Shown here piece after piece: positions 1 through 6,392 of a stretch of DNA of 24,000 nt. Source of the DNA: Verrucomicrobiaceae bacterium (GTDB taxonomy: Bacteria > Verrucomicrobiota > Verrucomicrobiia > Verrucomicrobiales > Akkermansiaceae). The number at the start of each line of letters is the position of its first letter. Within the stretch, counting starts at the first letter, position 1. The notes below the pieces were generated by a model that did not search any database, was not told the origin of the DNA, and worked only from the letters and a program-made list of their open reading frames with translations. The DNA is taken from NCBI GenBank assembly GCA_027485995.1, contig JAIXPW010000047.1, forward strand, positions 1 through 24,000, in the 5' to 3' direction. The translations under genes were made by a program, and so were the position numbers.

Positions 1-100
1 CAAGGACGAAGCGCCTGTCCACCACGCGGGAAATGCAGTGGTAGATCGCCGGTTTCTCCAGCGAGTCCTTCCAGGGAGCGAGCCAGCGTGAACGCCTCAT
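1..100 (-). CDS. Partial CDS (first 33 codons; continues past the window start). Possibly an IS200/IS605-like Y1 (REP-associated tyrosine transposase-like) protein.
   Basis: Hand translation of the minus strand from the ATG at 100..98 gives MRRSRWLAPWKDSLEKPAIYHCISRVVDRRFVL. The xIYHxxSRxxxRxFxL pattern resembles the N-terminus of Y1/HUH transposase-like proteins. The fragment is too short to show the HUH or Tyr motifs. It is absent from the ORF track because it is truncated. Confidence 0.3.
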   Translation of the reverse strand, partial: MRRSRWLAPWKDSLEKPAIYHCISRVVDRRFVL

Positions 101-176
101 GGCCGAACCTTAGAGCCCCGCCCCCACAAGGCAAGAGGATTTCTCACACCTTGTCTGTCCCTATTTCTCTCTGAGG

Positions 177-1373
177 GTGGTGGTGGTCAAACCGGAATTG
201 CTGAAAATCATTTGCCTCCCGCATCTCCGGCGCTACACCGAGACCGTGATTTTTGATTTCGACACGCCGATTCCGCGCCGAGGCACAGGCAATATCAAAT
301 TCGACCGCCGACCGGAACTTGATCCGTTCTGGGTGGCAGACATGGACTTCGCCTCCTGCCCGGAGATCCTTGAAGCTCTGCACCGTCGCGTCGACCACGG
401 GATCTTCGGGTATGCCCAAGCCCATGATGGCTTGAACGAGGCCATCCTTTCCTATCTTGAAGCTCGCCGCGGAGCCGCTGTTCCGCTTTCCCATATCGTC
501 CATCTCGGTGGATTGGTCCCGGCGCTCTCCCTCGCCGCACGTGCCTTCTGCAAGGGTGACGAAGCGGTCATGACCTGCACGCCGGTTTACCCGCCATTCA
601 TCGGCGTTCACCACGACGCCCATTGTGAACTGATTACCGTCGATCATTCGTTTGAAGACGGAGCCTGGACCTTTGATTGGGAGTCCATGGAGAAGGCAGT
701 GACCCCGAAGACCCGCGTCTTCATCCTATGCAATCCGCAGAATCCGATCGGCCGGGTCTTCACCCGCGCAGAACTGATCCAACTGGCTGAATTCTGTGAT
801 AGACATGATTTGATCCTGGTTTCGGACGAAATTCACTGCGATCTGATTCTTGATCCGGAGGCGGAACACGTGTCCGGCGTGAATCTGCCTGAGCGTTTCC
901 AACACCGGATCATCACGCTGCTGGCCCCAAGCAAGACGTGGAACATCGCCGGCCTCGGCTATGCCTATGCCATCATCCCGGACGATTCTGTTCGTCGACG
1001 CTTCTGTGCGGCCCGCGGCCACACTCTTTCAGAGATCAACGCGCTGTCCTACTATGCCGCCGAGGCCGCCTACCGTCACGGCGAACCCTGGCGCCAGGAA
1101 CTGCTGGGATATCTGAGAGGAAATCGTGACACGCTCGTCGAGTTCATCCGCAGCCGCTGCCCGGGCCTTTCGATCGAACCGGGCCAAGCCACTTATCTTG
1201 CCTGGATCAATGGCAGTTCTCTTGGCAATCCAGCCCAGCATTTCGAAAAGTCCGCCGGGCTCTTTCTCTCCGATGGCGCGTTCTTCCAATGGCCCGGATG
1301 GTTTCGTTTCAACTTCGGCTGCCCACGGGCCCGCATGCTGGAGGGACTGGAAAAGATCGCCGCCCACCTCTGA
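177..1373 (+). CDS. PLP-dependent class I/II aminotransferase-fold C-S lyase (MalY/PatB cystathionine beta-lyase family)
   Basis: 398-aa ORF. The N-terminal FDFDTPIPRRGTGNIKFD motif is typical of MalY/PatB. LCNPQNPIGRVF and the PLP-lysine motif APSKTWNIAGL are present. The 177 start is GTG; an in-frame GTG at 246 (VIFDFDT...) is an equally plausible start. Confidence 0.85.
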   Translation: MVVVKPELLKIICLPHLRRYTETVIFDFDTPIPRRGTGNIKFDRRPELDPFWVADMDFASCPEILEALHRRVDHGIFGYAQAHDGLNEAILSYLEARRGAAVPLSHIVHLGGLVPALSLAARAFCKGDEAVMTCTPVYPPFIGVHHDAHCELITVDHSFEDGAWTFDWESMEKAVTPKTRVFILCNPQNPIGRVFTRAELIQLAEFCDRHDLILVSDEIHCDLILDPEAEHVSGVNLPERFQHRIITLLAPSKTWNIAGLGYAYAIIPDDSVRRRFCAARGHTLSEINALSYYAAEAAYRHGEPWRQELLGYLRGNRDTLVEFIRSRCPGLSIEPGQATYLAWINGSSLGNPAQHFEKSAGLFLSDGAFFQWPGWFRFNFGCPRARMLEGLEKIAAHL

Positions 1374-1420
1374 GCGGGTTTTTGCTTCGATTTTCCAAAT
1401 CACCGGTTCACTGTTTCCAC

Positions 1421-2104
1421 ATGGCACGCCTCCTGCGACTCATCGCCGTCATCTCACTGACCTTCAGCAGCCTCGCCTCCGCCGAGCATGTGATCCTCAC
1501 CGGTGGACCGGCCCTGCGGAAATGGGAGAACTACCGTGTGTCGGCCGACCAGCACGACCGCTGGTGGGCCAACTTCGTCCGGGCCTCCACCTTGCGCATG
1601 GCGGAGATCCGCAGCACCTACGGCAAGGATGCGCCGCTCGTCTGGATCGTGTTCCAACCCGGTTATGCCGCCCGCGGCCGGGAAGACGGCAAACCCTATA
1701 CGTCCTGGATCAGCCAGTTGGCGGCCGACCGCCGGGCAACACTCATCTGGATCAACAGCGGAGGAGATTTCATCCGGGCCATGAACGGTCGCCCCCGCGG
1801 CACGGTTCAGACCTTCGACTATTTTGGTCACTCCAACCGCTATTGCTTCCTCCTCGATTACAGCAGCGACATCATGGCCGCCTGCTCTGCCTGGGTGCAC
1901 GAACGGGATCTGCCCCGCCTCAGTTCATCGGTCTTCGCGAAGGATGCAAACTGCAAGAGCTGGGGATGCCACACCGCTGAAAGCATGAGCGACAAGTGGA
2001 AAAGCGCTACCGGCCACCCCCTCGAAGGCGCCACCGGCGCGACCAACTACGACAAGGTCGGCCAAGGAATCCTCCCCACCTCGACGAGTGGCTGGTTGAG
2101 ATAA
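1421..2104 (+). CDS. Secreted hypothetical protein (about 227 aa)
   Basis: This is the internal ATG of track ORF 1289..2104. MARLLRLIAVISLTFSSLASA|EH reads as a Sec signal peptide (basic n-region, hydrophobic core, ASA cleavage motif). The mature part has several Cys and Trp residues and an FDYFGHSN motif. I recognise no family. The 1289 start would overlap the upstream gene by 85 nt and adds an Arg/Pro-rich leader, so I rejected it. Confidence 0.6.
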   Translation: MARLLRLIAVISLTFSSLASAEHVILTGGPALRKWENYRVSADQHDRWWANFVRASTLRMAEIRSTYGKDAPLVWIVFQPGYAARGREDGKPYTSWISQLAADRRATLIWINSGGDFIRAMNGRPRGTVQTFDYFGHSNRYCFLLDYSSDIMAACSAWVHERDLPRLSSSVFAKDANCKSWGCHTAESMSDKWKSATGHPLEGATGATNYDKVGQGILPTSTSGWLR

Positions 2105-2167
2105 GCCACAGGCCCATCATCCTCATTCGCCGATCCCTGTCCCGCTCCCATTCCCATTTCGATTTCC

Positions 2168-3187
2168 ATGACCTACGACGAGCTTCACCGCCTCTACCAC
2201 CTGCCCTTCTTCGAACTCCTCAAGCAGGGCCGGGCCGTGCATGAGGCCAACTGGCCGGAGGCCGATGTGCAGCTCTGCACCCTGCTCTCGATCAAAACCG
2301 GCGGCTGTTCGGAGGACTGCTCCTACTGCGCCCAGTCCGCCCGCTACAATTCGGGCATCGAGGTCGAGCGACTGATGGCCAAGGACGACATCATGGAGCG
2401 CGCCAGAGCTGCCCGCGAGACTGGCTCGACCCGCTTCTGCATGGGCGCCGCCTGGCGTGGCGTGCGCGGCGGCACCCAACGTTTCGAGCAGGTGCTCGAC
2501 ATCGTGCGCGACGTTTCACAGCTGGGCATGGAAGTGTGTGTGACCCTCGGCGAGCTCGGGCCTGATGAAGCCGTGGCCCTCAAGGAGGCCGGTGTCACCG
2601 CCTACAACCACAATCTTGATACCTCACCGGAGCACTATCCGAATATCGTCACCACCCACACCTACGACGACCGCCTGCGGACCATCCGCAACGTCCAGGA
2701 AGCCGGCATGTCGGTCTGTTGTGGCGGCATTCTCGGCCTCGGCGAAACCATCGAGGACCGTCTGAAAATGCTGGAGGTCATTTCCAATTTCAACCCGCAG
2801 CCGGAAAGCGTGCCGATCAACTCGCTGATGCCGATGCCCGGCACTCCGCTTTCGGAAAACGCGCAGGTCGATCCGCTCGACCTCGCACGGATGATCGCCG
2901 TCACCCGCATCGCGATCCCGAAGGCCAAGGTCCGTCTTTCGGCCGGTCGCACCCGGCTTTCCGACGAGGCCCAGGCACTTTGTTTTTTTGCTGGAGCAAA
3001 TTCCATCTTCTACGGCGACAAGCTCCTTACCGCCAAGAACCCCGCTGTTGAGAAAGACCAGGCCCTTCTCGCGAAATTGGGACTGGGCACGCTTGCGCCG
3101 AATCTATCACTCGAATCGCCTTCGGCCAGTTTGAACCGTCCCCTGTCTCCGGCCACTGCCGACGAGGCGAAATGCGGTTGCTGCTGA
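2168..3187 (+). CDS. bioB: Biotin synthase (radical SAM)
   Basis: 339 aa. Carries the CSEDCSYCAQS radical-SAM CxxxCxxC motif and YNHNLDTS. The auxiliary-cluster ligand positions match the classical 2Fe-2S type: RFCMGAAW, EVCVTLG, SVCCGGILGLGE, RLSAGR. Confidence 0.95.
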   Translation: MTYDELHRLYHLPFFELLKQGRAVHEANWPEADVQLCTLLSIKTGGCSEDCSYCAQSARYNSGIEVERLMAKDDIMERARAARETGSTRFCMGAAWRGVRGGTQRFEQVLDIVRDVSQLGMEVCVTLGELGPDEAVALKEAGVTAYNHNLDTSPEHYPNIVTTHTYDDRLRTIRNVQEAGMSVCCGGILGLGETIEDRLKMLEVISNFNPQPESVPINSLMPMPGTPLSENAQVDPLDLARMIAVTRIAIPKAKVRLSAGRTRLSDEAQALCFFAGANSIFYGDKLLTAKNPAVEKDQALLAKLGLGTLAPNLSLESPSASLNRPLSPATADEAKCGCC

Positions 3188-3267
3188 ATCGTTCCGCTTT
3201 TGCATTTCCGTTTTGGAGGATCGCTTGTTAACCCGGGCGCATCGAACAAGCACTCTCCATCACCGGG

Positions 3268-4380
3268 TTGGGTCTCCTCACGGCCCTCGGGCAATCGGTC
3301 AGCGACCAGATCTCCGCCATCGAGCAAGGTCAGACCCATTTCCGCCCGCTTTCGGAACTCCTCGGTCGCGAGAGTCCACACGGCGCCACGCGGGCTGGCT
3401 GGATCGGGTCCAGGGAGCTTCTGACCAGCCGGAAATGGAGTCCGGCGACGATGGCGGCCCTCCACGTTGCACGTGAAGCGGTGTCTGCCGCGAAATGGTC
3501 GGCCGATGACCTTCGGGATGCCGCCGTCGTCCTCGGAACCAGCCGAGGCAATGCCGCGGGCTGGCTCGCACCGTGGCCGGGAAGGCGTGCCTTCAAGCTG
3601 ATGGCCGCCAGCAACACCATCCACAGCGAGCCCGCCGCCGCCATCACCATCGAACTCGGCATTCAAGGGCCCTATCAGGTTCTCGCCAGTGGATGCTCGG
3701 CCGGATTGGACGCCATCGGAATCGCCTCGCTTCTCGTCCAGAGCGGGATCGTCCCCAGGGCCATCGCCGTGGCGGTCGATCTCCCTTTGGTCCCCTGCCT
3801 GCTGGACAGCTACGCCTCCTCCGGCCTTCTCTCGAGAGGCACCTCCTGCGACCCCTATTCGCCTGAAAGCGATGGCTTCATCCCAGCCGAAGGAGCTGCT
3901 GCCATGACCCTGGAGCTCCACCGGCCGGGCCACCCTTCCCTTTTCGGATATGCCGCCAACTCGGATGCCTGTGATCCACTCGGCATGCCGAAGGATGGAG
4001 GACGAAGCATCCAGCTCATCCAGCAGGCCATCGCCCGGCACGGTCGTCCATCCGCGCTATGCCCGCATGCGACCGGCACCGCAGTTCATGCGATCTCGGA
4101 ACCTGCCGCCCTCAAGGCATGCTTTTCCGAAACTCCCACTCCCAGCCTGCATCTCCTCAAGCCGTTCACGGGACATACCATCGGAGCAAGCGGTCTGGTG
4201 GAGGCCGCCATCCTGGCGTCCTTTCTTGGCAAGGGGAAACTGCCGCCGAACCTGGTCGGTCGAAGCCCGATCCACGGCTTCAATCTACCCGACCGTGCAC
4301 TCGACGCCTCGAGCCCAGTGTTCAAACTTTCCCACAGCATGGGTGGCCACAATGCCCTGCTCGTTCTTTCACCTCCATGA
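3268..4380 (+). CDS. Divergent beta-ketoacyl synthase (KAS I/II, FabF/FabB-like Cys-His-His condensing enzyme)
   Basis: 370 aa. GLGLLTALG matches the N-terminal strand. ASGCSAGLDAIG carries the active-site Cys (codon at 3694..3696). Also present: DGFIPAEGAAAMTLE, CPHATGT (His 1), LLKPFTGHTIGASGLVEA (Lys + His 2) and SMGGHNALLVL. It is about 40 aa shorter than E. coli FabF. The start is uncertain: TTG at 3268 is the only canonical start, but the conserved strand begins upstream (see findings). Confidence 0.8.
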   Translation: MGLLTALGQSVSDQISAIEQGQTHFRPLSELLGRESPHGATRAGWIGSRELLTSRKWSPATMAALHVAREAVSAAKWSADDLRDAAVVLGTSRGNAAGWLAPWPGRRAFKLMAASNTIHSEPAAAITIELGIQGPYQVLASGCSAGLDAIGIASLLVQSGIVPRAIAVAVDLPLVPCLLDSYASSGLLSRGTSCDPYSPESDGFIPAEGAAAMTLELHRPGHPSLFGYAANSDACDPLGMPKDGGRSIQLIQQAIARHGRPSALCPHATGTAVHAISEPAALKACFSETPTPSLHLLKPFTGHTIGASGLVEAAILASFLGKGKLPPNLVGRSPIHGFNLPDRALDASSPVFKLSHSMGGHNALLVLSPP

Positions 4381-5486
4381 GCTCCGACCTGCGACTCCAA
4401 GTCTCCATCGACGACCAGACCCTCCGCCTGCTCAATGCGGACGGACTGCTTCGACAATTCATCATCTCCACCGCCGCCAAAGGTGTCGGATTCAAGGAAG
4501 GAAGCTACCGGACACCAACCGGTCGCTTCCAGATCGCGGAGAAAATCGGTCAGGGTGAGCCAATGGGAACCATTTTCACGGCCCGCGAACCCGCCGGACT
4601 CTGGTCTCCTGAGCAACCATGCACGGCGAGCGACCTCATCCTTACACGCATCCTCCGCATCGAGGGCCTCGATTCCGAAAACTCCAACACGTTCCAGAGA
4701 TTCATCTACCTTCACGGCACCAACCGTGAGGACCTGCTCGGACAGCCTGCCAGTCATGGCTGTATCCGGATGTCCAATCAGGACATCATCGAGCTGTTCG
4801 ACCTCGTCCAGCCCGGCACACCGCTTGAGATCCTGCCTCCCGTGCATAAGGGAGGGAAACTGATCTTCTTTGACTGTGACTCCACGCTCTCCTCGATCGA
4901 GGGGATCGATGAACTCGCCCGTGCCCGCGGCCAGGATGTTTTCGACAACGTGGTATCCCTCACCAACGCGGCCATGAATGGTGAGATTCCATTGGACGAA
5001 GTCTTTCCACGGCGCATGGAGATCATCCGTCCGGATCGAAGCACCTGTGAGGAGGTTGCCTGTCTCTATCAGGAAACCATCACTCCGGGATCACGCGAAC
5101 TTGTCGCCCGGCTGCGGCAGGACGGTTGGACCATTGTCATCCTTTCCGGGGGCTTCGCGCCGCTGATCGAGCCATTGGCGGGGACTCTGGGCATCGAACA
5201 TGTCGAGGCCGTCCCCTTGTTCCTGAACCCTGACGGGACCTATGCCGGATATGGATATGATTACCCCACCACACGCGCTGGAGGAAAAAACGAGATCATC
5301 CGCGAATGGAAATCCGCCTTGATCCCGCAGCGGGTCGTCATGATCGGCGATGGGGCCTCTGATCTGGAAACACAACCTGATGTGGATCTCTTTGTTGGAT
5401 ACGGCGGAGTGGTTTCCCGTCCCAAAGTCAAGGCGGGCGCAGGGGCCTGGATCGAACGAATGGACGATTTCGTGACTGTTATTTAA
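4377..5486 (+). CDS. Fusion protein: N-terminal YkuD-type L,D-transpeptidase catalytic domain plus C-terminal HAD-IB phosphoserine phosphatase (PSPH-like)
   Basis: This is the internal ATG of track ORF 4059..5486. The ATG at 4377 overlaps the KAS-like stop (ATGA). YkuD motif: YLHGTNREDLLGQPASHGCIRMSNQD, with the Cys codon at 4761..4763. HAD motifs: FFDCDSTL (DxDxT), EGIDELA, ILSGGF, GGK, GDGASD; these are collinear by eye with PSPH-type phosphoserine phosphatases. The N-terminus MSSDLRLQVSIDDQ is hydrophilic and has no signal peptide. Confidence 0.85.
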   Translation: MSSDLRLQVSIDDQTLRLLNADGLLRQFIISTAAKGVGFKEGSYRTPTGRFQIAEKIGQGEPMGTIFTAREPAGLWSPEQPCTASDLILTRILRIEGLDSENSNTFQRFIYLHGTNREDLLGQPASHGCIRMSNQDIIELFDLVQPGTPLEILPPVHKGGKLIFFDCDSTLSSIEGIDELARARGQDVFDNVVSLTNAAMNGEIPLDEVFPRRMEIIRPDRSTCEEVACLYQETITPGSRELVARLRQDGWTIVILSGGFAPLIEPLAGTLGIEHVEAVPLFLNPDGTYAGYGYDYPTTRAGGKNEIIREWKSALIPQRVVMIGDGASDLETQPDVDLFVGYGGVVSRPKVKAGAGAWIERMDDFVTVI

Positions 5487-5528
5487 TCAGGCATCTCGGA
5501 ATCTTTCGAGGAACCATTCTTGCGTAAA

Positions 5529-5561
5529 TACCCTGATAACATAGGGTAAAATCGTGATATT
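5529..5561 (+). promoter_or_regulatory. Candidate promoter with overlapping operator-like inverted repeat upstream of the small HTH gene
   Basis: Inverted repeat TACCCT-N8-AGGGTA at 5529..5548. It overlaps a sigma70-like CTGATA (5533..5538)-N17-GATATT (5556..5561), which has a TG immediately upstream of the -10 region. It sits in the most AT-rich part of the intergenic region. Each hexamer matches consensus at only 4/6 positions. Confidence 0.25.
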
Positions 5562-5604
5562 TTGCCTTGTCATCGCACAGTTGGGGGGGTTCCATGTTGT
5601 CGTT

Positions 5605-5937
5605 ATGAGCACCAAATCAACCGTCAATTCCGCCAAGGGCAAGCGTTACTCCGAAAAGGAGAAGGCCGAGATCATCGCCTTCGTCGAAAAGGTGAACGCT
5701 GAAAAAGGCCGCGGTGGACAGAGCGCCGCTTCCGCCAAGTTCAAGATCTCCCAACTTACCATCTCGAGTTGGCTGAAGGCAGCAACCGGTGGCAGCACCA
5801 CCAAGGCAAGCAGCACCAAGGGTGGCTTCGGCTCGAAGCTTTCCAAGCTTTCCTCCCTCGCCAGCCAGATCGAGAAGGCCGAGAAGGAACTTGGCAAGCT
5901 CAAGTCCCAGTTCGACGCACTCAAGAAGTCGCTCTGA
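5605..5937 (+). CDS. Small DNA-binding protein (HTH, IS3 OrfA/HTH_Tnp_1-like N-terminus) with low-complexity linker and C-terminal coiled coil
   Basis: This is the internal ATG of track ORF 5554..5937, giving 110 aa. KRYSEKEKAEIIAFV...GGQSAASAKFKISQLTISSWLKA resembles the HTH of IS3-family OrfA proteins. The tail LSSLASQIEKAEKELGKLKSQFDALKKSL shows a heptad-like coiled coil. No transposase catalytic ORF follows. Confidence 0.55.
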   Translation: MSTKSTVNSAKGKRYSEKEKAEIIAFVEKVNAEKGRGGQSAASAKFKISQLTISSWLKAATGGSTTKASSTKGGFGSKLSKLSSLASQIEKAEKELGKLKSQFDALKKSL

Positions 5938-5964
5938 ACTTAACCACCATCATTCAAACTCCGA

Positions 5965-5999
5965 GCCGCCCTTCCCTTGTGGATTGGCGGTTCTTTTTT
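5965..5999 (+). terminator. Putative Rho-independent terminator of the small HTH gene
   Basis: GCCGCC (5965..5970) pairs with GGCGGT (5986..5991; five Watson-Crick pairs plus one G-U). The loop is 15 nt. TTCTTTTTT follows (5991..5999). The stem is weak but the T-tract is strong. Confidence 0.4.
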
Positions 6000-6376
6000 G
6001 CCTATCTGTCAGATTCGCTGTCCGCTAAACGGCGGGAATGATCTGGAACCGCTGAGATCACAGAGTTTGATCAGGCCGCTGCGGGGGAAATGGCTCCGGA
6101 TATTCTAATGGAAACATCTTCCTGCGTCGCAGGATGCCCTGGTTGCTTATCCTGAATCCGGAAATACCGACCAGGAACTTCAAGAGACATTACGCGATCA
6201 TGGAGGTCCAAATCGCGTCGGACTCTTTCATCTGGTGACTACGAAGATCGTTACGATTGCTTTTTGTTTCGTGCGTTTCGAGACGTTCGTGGTTACTGAT
6301 TTCCCTCCTGAGGCTTATGCGTTCTCCGTTTTCTCAGTGCCTGTGGTGATCAAGGTAAGGATTCACCAGCCAAGCT

Positions 6377-6392
6377 GAAGAAGATCTTCTTC
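6377..6392. repeat. Perfect 16-bp palindrome GAAGAAGATCTTCTTC
   Basis: Read directly: the sequence equals its own reverse complement and is centred on GATC. It lies 14 nt downstream of the Nudix stop codon (6406..6408). No T-tract follows on either strand. Confidence 0.9.

Noticed and set aside
1126-1980. 284-aa plus-strand ORF spanning the end of the C-S lyase gene and the secreted-protein gene
   Set aside because: It is out of frame with two well-supported genes. Its Arg/Pro/Ser-rich, low-complexity translation is typical of off-frame reading.
2105-2167. Biotin operator (BirA/BioQ/BioR-type palindrome) upstream of bioB
   Set aside because: The 63-nt spacer is a pyrimidine-rich run with no inverted repeat that I could find.
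3010-4041. 343-aa minus-strand ORF antisense to the KAS-like gene
   Set aside because: It is an Arg/Gly/Pro/Asp-rich shadow ORF of the kind expected in high-GC DNA. It has no recognisable motifs, whereas the plus-strand frame carries a full KAS signature.
4086-4847. 253-aa minus-strand ORF antisense to the KAS-like / YkuD region
   Set aside because: Shadow ORF. The opposite strand encodes proteins with clear catalytic motifs.
6090-6155. 21-codon Cys-rich mini-ORF (MAPDILMETSSCVAGCPGCLS) as a possible RiPP precursor or leader peptide
   Set aside because: No modification, transport or immunity genes are nearby. The G-run lies only 2 nt from the ATG, which is poor spacing. Such short ORFs arise readily by chance. 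I mention it only as part of the gap finding.
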